DNA of 64,000 bases from Actinomycetes bacterium (GTDB lineage: Bacteria > Actinomycetota > Actinomycetes > S36-B12), in assembly GCA_965227045.1 (NCBI GenBank), contig OZ245718.1, forward strand, positions 280,654 to 344,653, in the 5' to 3' direction. Position numbers and translations under genes: made by a program. The stretch's first letter is position 1, and each line of letters starts with the position of its first letter. The notes below the pieces were generated by a model. That model was not told where the DNA came from. It searched no databases and was given only the letters and a program-made list of their open reading frames with translations. This document shows, piece after piece, positions 50,716 through 59,494 of this stretch.

Positions 50716-51267
50716 ATGCGCTGTCCGTTCTGCAAGGAAGACGATTCGCGGGTCGTGGACTCCCGGGCGATCGACGATGGCCTGGCCATCCGCCGTCGCC
50801 GCGAGTGCTCGGGCTGCGGCCGGCGCTTCACCACGGCGGAGACCTCGGTCCTGTACGTGGTCAAGCGCTCGGGCGTCACCGAGCCGTTCAGCCGCTCGAA
50901 GGTCGTCAGCGGAGTCCGCAAGGCCTGCCAGGGCCGACCGGTCAACGACGACGACCTCGCGCTGCTCGCGCAGCAGGTGGAGGACACCGTCCGCGCCACC
51001 GGCAGCGCCGAGATCCCCGCGATGGAGATCGGCCTGGCCATCCTCGGCCCACTACGTGAGCTCGACGAGGTGGCCTACCTCCGATTCGCGTCCGTCTACC
51101 GCTCCTTCGACAACCTCGAGGACTTCGAGGCCGAGATCGCGCTCCTGCGCGCCGAGGGCGAGCCGACGGGCCGCGAGCCGCACCACGACACGACTTCCCA
51201 GACTTCCCAGACGCCGTCGAACGATCCGCACGACCAGCACGACCCCTCAACTTCCCACTCCCGGTAA
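50716..51267 (+). CDS. nrdR: transcriptional repressor NrdR
   Basis: MRCPFC...[10 protein letters not shown] zinc ribbon and ATP-cone, plus a low-complexity tail. Confidence 0.93.
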   Translation: MRCPFCKEDDSRVVDSRAIDDGLAIRRRRECSGCGRRFTTAETSVLYVVKRSGVTEPFSRSKVVSGVRKACQGRPVNDDDLALLAQQVEDTVRATGSAEIPAMEIGLAILGPLRELDEVAYLRFASVYRSFDNLEDFEAEIALLRAEGEPTGREPHHDTTSQTSQTPSNDPHDQHDPSTSHSR

Positions 51268-51291
51268 CCGCTCCTAAGAAAGGCAACACCC

Positions 51292-54144
51292 ATGTCTGTC
51301 GAGACCAGCGCACCAGCAGCCGAGGCCTTCATTCACAACACCCTGAAGGGCAAGGGCCTCGTCATCGAGCGCCTCTACACGACCGAGGGCATGCATCCTT
51401 ACGACGGCGTGAACTGGGAACGTCGCGACGTCCTGCAGACCAACTGGAAGTCCGGCGAGGTTGTCTTCGAGCAGCGCGGGGTGGAGTTCCCCGACTTCTG
51501 GAGCGTCAACGCCTCCACGATCGTCACCACCAAGTACTTCCGCGGCGCGGTGGGCACCGACAGCCGCGAGTGGAGCCTTCGGCAACTGCTCGACCGCGTC
51601 GTCCTCACCTACGTCAAGGCCGGCCGCGAGTACGGCTACTTCCGCACCGACCAGGACGCCGAGATCTTCGAGCACGAGCTCACCTACATGCTTCTGCACC
51701 AGGTGTTCAGCTTCAACTCACCGGTGTGGTTCAACGTCGGCACCGTGTCACCGCAGCAGGTCAGCGCCTGCTTCATCCTCGCCGTCGACGACACCATGGA
51801 CTCGATCCTCAACTGGTACCGCGAGGAGGGCATGATCTTCAAGGGCGGCTCCGGCGCCGGCCTCAACCTCTCGCGCATCCGCTCCAGCAAGGAGCTGCTC
51901 AAGTCCTCGGGCGGCACGGCCTCCGGCCCCGTCTCCTTCATGCGCGGTGCTGACGCGTCGGCCGGCACCATCAAGTCAGGCGGCGCCACGCGTCGCGCGG
52001 CGAAGATGGTCGTGCTCGACGTCGACCACCCCGACATCGAGGAGTTCATCGAGACGAAGGTGCGCGAGGAGGACAAGATCCGCGTCCTGCGCGACGCCGG
52101 CTACGACATGGACCTGGGCGGCAAGGACATCACGTCCGTGCAGTACCAGAACGCCAACAACTCGGTGCGCGTCTCCGACCTGTTCATGCACGCAGTGGAG
52201 AACGGCGAGCAGTTCGGCCTCACCGCCCGCATGGACGGCTCGATCGTCGAGACCGTCGATGCCAAGAAGCTGTTCCGCACCATGACCGAGGCGGCCTGGG
52301 CATGCGCCGATCCGGGCATCCAGTACGACGACACGATCAACGACTGGCACACCAACCCCGAGACCGGCCGCATCAATGCGTCCAACCCGTGCTCGGAGTA
52401 CATGAGCCTGGATAACTCCTCGTGCAACCTCGCCTCGCTGAACCTGCTGACGTTCCTCAAGGACGACGACACGTTCGACGGCGCCCGGTTCGCCAGGGCC
52501 GTCGAGTTCGTCATCACAGCGATGGACATCTCCATCTGCTTCGCCGACTTCCCGACCGAGGCGATCGGCGACACCACGCGTCGCTACCGCCAGCTCGGCA
52601 TCGGCTACGCCAACCTCGGCGCGCTACTCATGGCCACCGGCCTCCCGTACGACTCCGAGGCCGGCCGCTCGTTCGCCGCGGCGATCAGCAGCCTGATGAC
52701 GGGCACGGCCTACAAGCGCAGCGCCGAGCTCGCCGGCATCGTCGGCCCGTACGAGGGCTACGCCCGCAACATCGACGGCCACAAGCGCGTCATGCGCAAG
52801 CACGCGTCGGCCAACGACAACGTGCGTCACATGACCAGCCTCGACGGTGACGTCCTCAAGCTCGCCAACAAGGCGTGGGAAGAGGGCAACAAGATCGGCG
52901 AGAAGAACGGCTGGCGCAACGCGCAGGCATCGGTCCTCGCGCCCACCGGCACCATCGGCTTCATGATGGACTGCGACACGACCGGCATCGAGCCGGACTT
53001 CTCGCTGGTCAAGTTCAAGAAGCTGGTCGGCGGCGGCTCGATGCAGATCGTCAACCAGACGATCCCGCGTGCGCTGCGCCGCATGGGCTACGCCGAGGAG
53101 ACCATCGAGGCGATCATCGAGTACATCGGTGAGAACGGCCACGTCATCGACGCCCCCGGGCTGAAGACCGAGCACTACCCGGTCTTCGACTGCGCCATGG
53201 GCGCGCGTTCCATCACCCCGATGGGCCACGTGCGCATGATGGCCGCGGTGCAGCCGTTCATCTCCGGCGCGATCTCCAAGACCGTCAACATGCCTGAGAC
53301 AGCCACCATCGACGAGGTCGAGGAGATCTACTTCGAGGGCTGGAAGTACGGCCTCAAGGCTCTGGCGATCTACCGCGACAACTGCAAGGTTGGTCAGCCG
53401 CTCAGTGATGCCAAGGCGAAGAAGGTCGACGAGATCGTCGACGTCACCGCCGAGGCCGTTGCCGCCGCACTCGCCGGGCAGCCGATCCGCCACCGCCTGC
53501 CGAAGAGCCGCCCGTCGGTCACGACGAGCTTCTCCGTCGCAGGCGCCGAGGGCTACATGACCGCGGGGTCCTACCCCGACAACGGACTTGGCGAGGTCTT
53601 CCTCAAGCTCGGCAAGCAGGGCTCGACCCTGGCCGGTGTCATGGACGCGTTCTCGATCGCCATCAGCATCGCGCTGCAGTACGGCGTGCCGCTCGAGGCG
53701 TTCGTCAGCAAGTTCGTGAACATGCGGTTCGAGCCGGCCGGCATGACCGACGATCCGGACATCCGGATCTCGCAGTCGATCATGGACTACATCTTCCGCC
53801 GCCTGGCCCTGGACTACCTGCCCTACGAGACGCGTGCAGGACTCGGCATCCACACCGCCGACGAGCGCGCGGCAGTGGTCGCGGGCAACTACGGAGATCA
53901 GACACCGGCCGCATCAGCGGACCTGGATGTCGCGATCGACGATGCGGTCGAGGCCGAGGTGCTCGAGATCATCGAGAAGCCGGTCGCCAAGGCCAGCACG
54001 GCGCGCTCCAGCGCCGAGCTGCTCGAGGAGATCACCGGAATCGCATCCGATGCGCCGCTGTGCATGACCTGCGGGATCAAGATGCGGGCCGCTGGTTCGT
54101 GCTACGTGTGCGAGGGCTGCGGGAGCACGTCTGGCTGCAGCTGA
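51292..54144 (+). CDS. nrdJ: adenosylcobalamin-dependent ribonucleoside-diphosphate reductase (class II)
   Basis: 950 aa with active-site NPCSE and C-terminal CxxC...CxxC tail, in the nrdR-nrdJ operon. Confidence 0.93.
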   Translation: MSVETSAPAAEAFIHNTLKGKGLVIERLYTTEGMHPYDGVNWERRDVLQTNWKSGEVVFEQRGVEFPDFWSVNASTIVTTKYFRGAVGTDSREWSLRQLLDRVVLTYVKAGREYGYFRTDQDAEIFEHELTYMLLHQVFSFNSPVWFNVGTVSPQQVSACFILAVDDTMDSILNWYREEGMIFKGGSGAGLNLSRIRSSKELLKSSGGTASGPVSFMRGADASAGTIKSGGATRRAAKMVVLDVDHPDIEEFIETKVREEDKIRVLRDAGYDMDLGGKDITSVQYQNANNSVRVSDLFMHAVENGEQFGLTARMDGSIVETVDAKKLFRTMTEAAWACADPGIQYDDTINDWHTNPETGRINASNPCSEYMSLDNSSCNLASLNLLTFLKDDDTFDGARFARAVEFVITAMDISICFADFPTEAIGDTTRRYRQLGIGYANLGALLMATGLPYDSEAGRSFAAAISSLMTGTAYKRSAELAGIVGPYEGYARNIDGHKRVMRKHASANDNVRHMTSLDGDVLKLANKAWEEGNKIGEKNGWRNAQASVLAPTGTIGFMMDCDTTGIEPDFSLVKFKKLVGGGSMQIVNQTIPRALRRMGYAEETIEAIIEYIGENGHVIDAPGLKTEHYPVFDCAMGARSITPMGHVRMMAAVQPFISGAISKTVNMPETATIDEVEEIYFEGWKYGLKALAIYRDNCKVGQPLSDAKAKKVDEIVDVTAEAVAAALAGQPIRHRLPKSRPSVTTSFSVAGAEGYMTAGSYPDNGLGEVFLKLGKQGSTLAGVMDAFSIAISIALQYGVPLEAFVSKFVNMRFEPAGMTDDPDIRISQSIMDYIFRRLALDYLPYETRAGLGIHTADERAAVVAGNYGDQTPAASADLDVAIDDAVEAEVLEIIEKPVAKASTARSSAELLEEITGIASDAPLCMTCGIKMRAAGSCYVCEGCGSTSGCS

Positions 54145-54160
54145 ACTGAACATCTCGATG

Positions 54161-54196
54161 TCGAAGGCCCGCCAACTTGGGAAGGCGGGTCTTCGA
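54161..54196 (+). terminator. hairpin terminator of nrdJ
   Basis: tcgaaggcccgcc-N10-ggcgggtcttcga: 13-bp stem with one G-U pair, 17 nt after the stop. Confidence 0.7.
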
Positions 54197-54329
54197 CTTG
54201 TGTGGTCGGACTTCTGTCGACCCGTTGAGGTGGAAGGGATCTAGCGCGGTACGGCAGCAGTGGTCGGACGGGAGTACCGGATCCAATCGATTCGGCGACC
54301 ATCGACGATGGAGGCGTGCAGCCCGGGCG

Positions 54330-57300
54330 CTAGACGCCCTCGACATCGAAGGGTTCGTCCGGAACTGAGATGTCGGACGGGTCAGATGGCTCGGCGCCTT
54401 CATCGACCGTTCGTCGAACTCTGAGAAAGGGTCCCAGTTCTGTGATGTCTGCGTGCGAGGAAGCCATTGCGACGTACCAAATATCTGAGTACGCCATGTT
54501 CCGATAGTCATCGTCGTCAATCGGAAGGGCATGACGTTCGCTCAGTGTGCCGATCACAAGGTCGGAATCGAGGTCAGAAAGGCGTTCGCTCAGCCAGCCT
54601 GGATCGACTAGTAGGACTCCCTGCGTCTCGCCATGTTCGGGGAACTCGATCGCTCGTGCGACGACTCTCCCATCAGCAGTCCACTCGGGCTGGTGGCCAA
54701 CCCACTTGGCGGTCCCGAGCAGTTCGGACGTCGGAGTGTAGAAGTTGACGGACTCGTCGATTGAACAGTCCAGGGTGCTCCCCTCCCACAGGTACTGCTC
54801 GACGGCAGGCCTGGGTAGGGCGCCGGCTTCGATCAGTTCCTCTGGGATCCCGTGGTAGTCACTCCATGGCCCTGCAGTGGCGGATACAGGAGCCCACCCT
54901 GTCTCGCCGAGGTACTGCTGACGGGGCCTGCTTACGTCTGGCATCCAGCGACCAGACAGTCCTCTCGCGGCGATGAAGTCGAAGAGTTCTTTGCCGCGAC
55001 CTCGCGGCAGAAGCCACGAGAACTGCAGGAAGAAGACGTCCTTCTCTCTTTTCGACATCCCTCGGCGTTGTGAATTGTCCCGGTCCCAGGTCGAGTATCG
55101 CTGTATCGCGATCCATTTTTCGCCCTTGGCATCCGTGCAGGAGAACATCGACTTTGCCGCGGGAAGGTCGTCGGTCTTCGCTGCCCACTCGTCGGGTGCG
55201 CAACTCACATCCATGTCCGGTGCGGTGAGGGTTGCCCACTTGGCGTTTGAGTCGCGCGCTACTCGACATACTTGAGATCCTCCTATGCGCACACTTGGTG
55301 GAAGGGTTGGATCGAAGTCTCGTCCGAACCACTCCCACGGTCCTTCGTAGACGTTCCGTTCGGCGGTCCAGGGCTCGTGGGAGGGATGGAAATTGTCGGC
55401 CAGACGGCCAAGGAGTTCTCGGTGTGCAATCCATTGGTACTTCTTGCCGAACCGTTCAGCCTTGTGGCCTTCGCGGCCGCGCCGTAGGTCGTTGCTTCTT
55501 TCGAAGTCCTCGAAGCGTTCCGCCGACCAGCCAAGTTCGATGGAGCGGGCCGCGATCCACCTGCCCGCCCAATCGGCGTTAACCCTGTCGAGGGGGTTCT
55601 TGCGATCCCTTCCCTTCGGTGGGGGTCCTGTGAGGGGATGCCAACTGAAGAAGCCGACGTCACTCTTGACGACGTACTTATTGAAGTCTCCGTACCAGTC
55701 CAAGCACGAGTGAAGGATGCTGCCCGCACGCCAACTCTTGTACTTGCCTTCCCCGTCCTTGACTGGACCGTGCGTCGATTCAAGTTGTTCCCGTGTGGGA
55801 GGCTCCGTGGGCGGATTCGCGTCGTATGGAGGCTCAAAGTCGGCAAGTCGATCCCTCGGTAGCAGTCCGCGGTCGACGCACCACGCTGCGATTCCCCGGG
55901 ATGAGTCGCGCGCGAGTACGTCTACGGGAGCGCCGTCACGGAACCAAGATTTGAGCGTCTCCAATACTGCACCAGCGCCGACGAGATCCGAGTCTCCCCC
56001 AACCAGCACTGCACCGTACGCGCACGTAAGCATGCGCTCTTGGACGTATGCATCATCGACCTGTCGGGCGGAACCGATGAGCGCTGCGGCTAGATGCAAT
56101 CGGTGAGAAAGGAGGGAGATCAACGCCTTTGAGGTCGTGTCCCTAAGAAAGCGGTTTGGCGATGTGAACAGCCACATGAAGGCAGTCGCAGCGAGCCGAA
56201 CTTCATCATCGTCGGCGGTGTCGGAATCTAGTTGTGCCCAGCCAATTAGGCCGGAGAAGGCATCGGAGTCTTTATCGAGTCCGTACGTAGAGATCGACCA
56301 CGCAGCATCTCGATCGGGCATGGAAAGCTCCGACAGTTGTGCATGGAGCCAATCAGCATTCGCGGGATGACCAGTTCGCGCCGCAAGCGCGAGTACGACG
56401 TCGGCGATTTCGTCGTCTGCTGCTAGGAGGCGGTCGCGAAGGGCCTCTAGGGCTCGTCCGCCAAAGGCGGCCGGTACTCGGTCTATCAGACTCTCGAGAA
56501 AGGCTTCCTGCAGTCTGTAGTCGTGCGCTGCCTCGGGCAGGATGTCAACGAGTTCGATCCCGCCCAGTTCCGGCAGAATCACTGCCAGCGATCGCCACGA
56601 CCAGGGTTCTTGTGCGACGCGGTCTACTAGGAGCGAGTTAGTCCCCGCTTCCGACGGAAGGGGTCGACCGCCCTGCAGTCCAAGGTCATCTAGGGTCGCA
56701 ATCAGGCGGCTGGCGAGTATGTGCTCCGAGTACGCCTGGAAGGGAAATCCCACTGCCTCCGTTCCGTCGTAAGTCGGGCGAAGCTCAACAAGCCCTTCGC
56801 TCGCCAACTGCTGAAAGAGAGTGTTTGGCCATAACCGACCGGGCAGAAGTTCGTCGACCCCCTGCTCAGTCGAATCGCGAGGGACTGGTTGTCCCTTGTT
56901 GCTCAGGATTAGGTCAGCAACTCGGTCCATTGCGTCGGAAACTACGTGGCTAGTTGGGGAAAGGCCGAGTCGGCCAGTGACCTTCTTGCCGATCACTCGG
57001 GCAAAGCGGTCGAACAGGCCTGAACGCGTCGGCACTTCGACGTCTCCGTCCGATTCAGCTGCCAAAACTTCGCAGTACATGCGCAAGAAGAGTGGACTTC
57101 GGAAAGCTGGGTCGTAACGCCGACTGGACGGGACCGGAACCTTGAACAGCCGACAATATGCAGCGAGTGCCTCTGCCTCGCTGCCGGCTAGTCCGGTGTG
57201 CCGAACGGTAAGCAAGCCTTTAGGCGCCCCGATCACATCGCGGTAGTCCGTTCGGTAAGAGACGACTAAGGCAATGTGGGGGAACCTTTGGACCTGAGCG

Positions 57301-58586
57301 AGCATTGCAGGAAGCTCGTGATGCCACATTCCAGGGTTCTGCGACTCGTTGATTGCGTCAAATACGAGAAGCGCACGGCAATACCTCGCTTCGGCCATCG
57401 AGTCGAGCGCTTGGAGAAACTCGTCGCTTGTTGACGAGATGCCAAGTGACTTCGCTGCCGCCGGCCACCAGTTTTTGTCGCTGAGTCGCTGACCCAGTAT
57501 CGCGATCGCTGGTGTACCACGCTGGAGGCAACCGTCGACTGCACGCAACAGGGCATGCGTCTTGCCTTGGCCTGCTGGACCGACCAGAGCTAGCGCCCTA
57601 TTAGCCAAGGCTTCTGCTGCGCTCCCCGTTACCACCGCTTCTAGGCCTTGAAGCGCGGCGATCGCGGCATCCATGTTTCGGAGCCCGGATCCACGTAAGA
57701 ACTCTGACTCGTGGTAGGCGAGGCCGAGCAGATCGGTTGTGAGATGCGCAAGATCGGATAGATCGAACTCTGCGTACGGCGATGAATCACCGTCATTGTC
57801 GGCGTTGTCGGAGAGCGCTGCACACGCTTCATGCAATCGGGGGATTAGGGGTTCCGCTAGGAACGAGCTTTGGCCCCAGATCCCGGCGTCCTTCGTCAGG
57901 GCCTCGACCGCAGTGTTCGATAAGGCGCGAAGGCGGGTTAGGAATGCTGGGCTTGCCACCACGGCATCGAGAACATCATTTATCGAAGACGCTGTGTCGG
58001 CCTCCGGCGTGTAACGATCACCAGCCACGCTAATTGATTCACCGAATCTTGCCAACAGCCATTCGTCGGAGAGATCAATTCCGCCAAACCAGTACTCGCG
58101 GCGACCGGCATGCTCCTTCAACGTCAACGTAGCCGTAATGTCGCCGGCACGAATAGTCGAGAAATCGATGCTGCTTGCAGCTGGGATGCTCGTTCGCCAA
58201 CTGGCTACCGCGTCATTCCAACGGTCCTGATCGGACTTCATTGGACCGCTGCCGGAGTCAGTAAAGTCGTACGGCACAACGAAGGTCAGTTTGGTCAGGC
58301 TCGGTCGCTTGGTGCATACGGCCTCAACGGACTCGCGCATTCCTCCCAACGCATCGGCGAGGCACTCGTGAAACTTTGCTTGGAAGCCTTCTTGATGGCC
58401 GTCCGCATACAGTTCGTACCACTCGACCCCTGCGTCGGGAGCTCGGGTCTTGCGCGTCTCCAGGTGGCCTTCGGCTACGTCAGGGCGGAGTTGATACGCG
58501 AGCTCCTCCCACGCACGAGCCTGGCTGCCTTCATGAACACGAATATCGCGTAGACGGACCCCGCCGCGGTTGTGCTGTGCTTTCAC
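54330..58586 (-). CDS. large STAND-like P-loop NTPase with N-terminal Mrr-like PD-(D/E)xK nuclease signature (candidate antiphage protein)
   Basis: 1418 aa. WEELAYQL...PDAGVEW...GFQAKF at aa 26-72; Walker A GPAGQGKT at aa 336-343; Walker B LLVFDAINE at aa 406-414; SPLFLRMYCE follows. Long C-terminal region without a motif I recognise. Low-GC codon usage. GTG start follows gggaga. Confidence 0.6.
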   Translation of the reverse strand: MKAQHNRGGVRLRDIRVHEGSQARAWEELAYQLRPDVAEGHLETRKTRAPDAGVEWYELYADGHQEGFQAKFHECLADALGGMRESVEAVCTKRPSLTKLTFVVPYDFTDSGSGPMKSDQDRWNDAVASWRTSIPAASSIDFSTIRAGDITATLTLKEHAGRREYWFGGIDLSDEWLLARFGESISVAGDRYTPEADTASSINDVLDAVVASPAFLTRLRALSNTAVEALTKDAGIWGQSSFLAEPLIPRLHEACAALSDNADNDGDSSPYAEFDLSDLAHLTTDLLGLAYHESEFLRGSGLRNMDAAIAALQGLEAVVTGSAAEALANRALALVGPAGQGKTHALLRAVDGCLQRGTPAIAILGQRLSDKNWWPAAAKSLGISSTSDEFLQALDSMAEARYCRALLVFDAINESQNPGMWHHELPAMLAQVQRFPHIALVVSYRTDYRDVIGAPKGLLTVRHTGLAGSEAEALAAYCRLFKVPVPSSRRYDPAFRSPLFLRMYCEVLAAESDGDVEVPTRSGLFDRFARVIGKKVTGRLGLSPTSHVVSDAMDRVADLILSNKGQPVPRDSTEQGVDELLPGRLWPNTLFQQLASEGLVELRPTYDGTEAVGFPFQAYSEHILASRLIATLDDLGLQGGRPLPSEAGTNSLLVDRVAQEPWSWRSLAVILPELGGIELVDILPEAAHDYRLQEAFLESLIDRVPAAFGGRALEALRDRLLAADDEIADVVLALAARTGHPANADWLHAQLSELSMPDRDAAWSISTYGLDKDSDAFSGLIGWAQLDSDTADDDEVRLAATAFMWLFTSPNRFLRDTTSKALISLLSHRLHLAAALIGSARQVDDAYVQERMLTCAYGAVLVGGDSDLVGAGAVLETLKSWFRDGAPVDVLARDSSRGIAAWCVDRGLLPRDRLADFEPPYDANPPTEPPTREQLESTHGPVKDGEGKYKSWRAGSILHSCLDWYGDFNKYVVKSDVGFFSWHPLTGPPPKGRDRKNPLDRVNADWAGRWIAARSIELGWSAERFEDFERSNDLRRGREGHKAERFGKKYQWIAHRELLGRLADNFHPSHEPWTAERNVYEGPWEWFGRDFDPTLPPSVRIGGSQVCRVARDSNAKWATLTAPDMDVSCAPDEWAAKTDDLPAAKSMFSCTDAKGEKWIAIQRYSTWDRDNSQRRGMSKREKDVFFLQFSWLLPRGRGKELFDFIAARGLSGRWMPDVSRPRQQYLGETGWAPVSATAGPWSDYHGIPEELIEAGALPRPAVEQYLWEGSTLDCSIDESVNFYTPTSELLGTAKWVGHQPEWTADGRVVARAIEFPEHGETQGVLLVDPGWLSERLSDLDSDLVIGTLSERHALPIDDDDYRNMAYSDIWYVAMASSHADITELGPFLRVRRTVDEGAEPSDPSDISVPDEPFDVEGV

Positions 58587-58972
58587 GCATTCTCCCTAGG
58601 AGCTGCGAGCGTTGTCATGGCGCAAACGGTACTGACTAGTGAGGGTCGTAGACGGAAAGCATTCTCGACTGTCGGTCTTACGCCGCGGTGAGCTCCGAAC
58701 CTCCGTAGCTCGCCTATGGTCAGGTTCCAGCGACCTAGCAGCCGGTTCAGCTCGCTGACCGAGATGTCGAATGCTCCTACGCCGCAATTCGCCTTGCCCC
58801 TTCATTCACTCGAACTCTGCGAGCCTGAACCATCTGCTCCAAGGCGTTTGCCTGAGTGCTCGCGCGTGATCGACGATGTCGCACGTGTGCCGCCCCGCCG
58901 TCAGACGTCACGACTCCCACCGATTGAGTCGAAGCTTCGACACCTGGACGATGCCGGCTATGGCGCTGACGA

Positions 58973-59007
58973 CGAAGCCCCGCACCTTGACGCGGTGCGG
59001 GGCTTCG
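58973..59007 (-). terminator. hairpin terminator of the SHOCT gene
   Basis: cgaagccccgcac-N9-gtgcggggcttcg: 13-bp perfect stem, 14 nt beyond the stop at 59021. Confidence 0.7.
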
Positions 59008-59020
59008 CGCTGTCGCTGCT

Positions 59021-59410
59021 TTAGCTGGCGAGCGCCTTCGTCTTGAGCGAGTCGAACTCGGCCTGCGTGATCGCACCGGAGTCGAGAAGCGACTTGGCCG
59101 AGGCGATCTGGTCGGTCGCTGTTGCCCCGCTGCCGGCCATCGACTTGATGTACTCCGCCTGCGCCGCATGCATCTGCTTGGCCTGCTCGAGCTGGCGCTC
59201 CTGCATGCCCTTGCCGCGGGCGATGACGTATACGAGGATGCCGAGCCACGGCACGATGATGACGAAGATGACCCAGACGGTCTTCGCGAGTCCACCGAGG
59301 TCGGAGCTGCGGAAGATGTCGCCGAGGACCCAGAACAGGCACATGAACCAGGCGAAGAAGAGGAAGAACTCGAACAGGACGATCAGGAACGATCCATTGT
59401 CGTCGAACAT
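59021..59410 (-). CDS. PLDc_N / SHOCT domain membrane protein
   Basis: Two TM helices (FFAWFMCLFWVLGDIF...) and C-terminal SLLDSGAITQAEFDSLKTKAL (SHOCT). Confidence 0.75.
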   Translation of the reverse strand: MFDDNGSFLIVLFEFFLFFAWFMCLFWVLGDIFRSSDLGGLAKTVWVIFVIIVPWLGILVYVIARGKGMQERQLEQAKQMHAAQAEYIKSMAGSGATATDQIASAKSLLDSGAITQAEFDSLKTKALAS

Positions 59411-59494
59411 TGCGTTGCACTCGCTTTCGATGATGGCCCGGAGGGGCCGTTGGTTAGCCAGACTGGGCAGTCGAACGCACTGTCCAACGGAAGA

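Noticed and set aside
54150-54358. Possible att-like direct repeats flanking the islet: ctcgatgtcgaagg at 54153 versus ctcgacatcgaagg at 54341, and ccaatcgattcgg...gacgatgg near 54285 versus ccaccgattgag...gacgatgc near 58917.
   Set aside because: The first pair lies on the same (left) side of the islet. The second pair aligns only with several gaps and mismatches. Neither is convincing without a statistical alignment, and no integrase is present.
58716-59024. 102-aa plus-strand ORF and 69-aa minus-strand ORF (58596..58805) upstream of the giant gene.
   Set aside because: Both have Arg/Pro/Ser-rich composition and lack an SD. The plus-strand ORF reads straight through the SHOCT terminator hairpin and into that gene's stop region.
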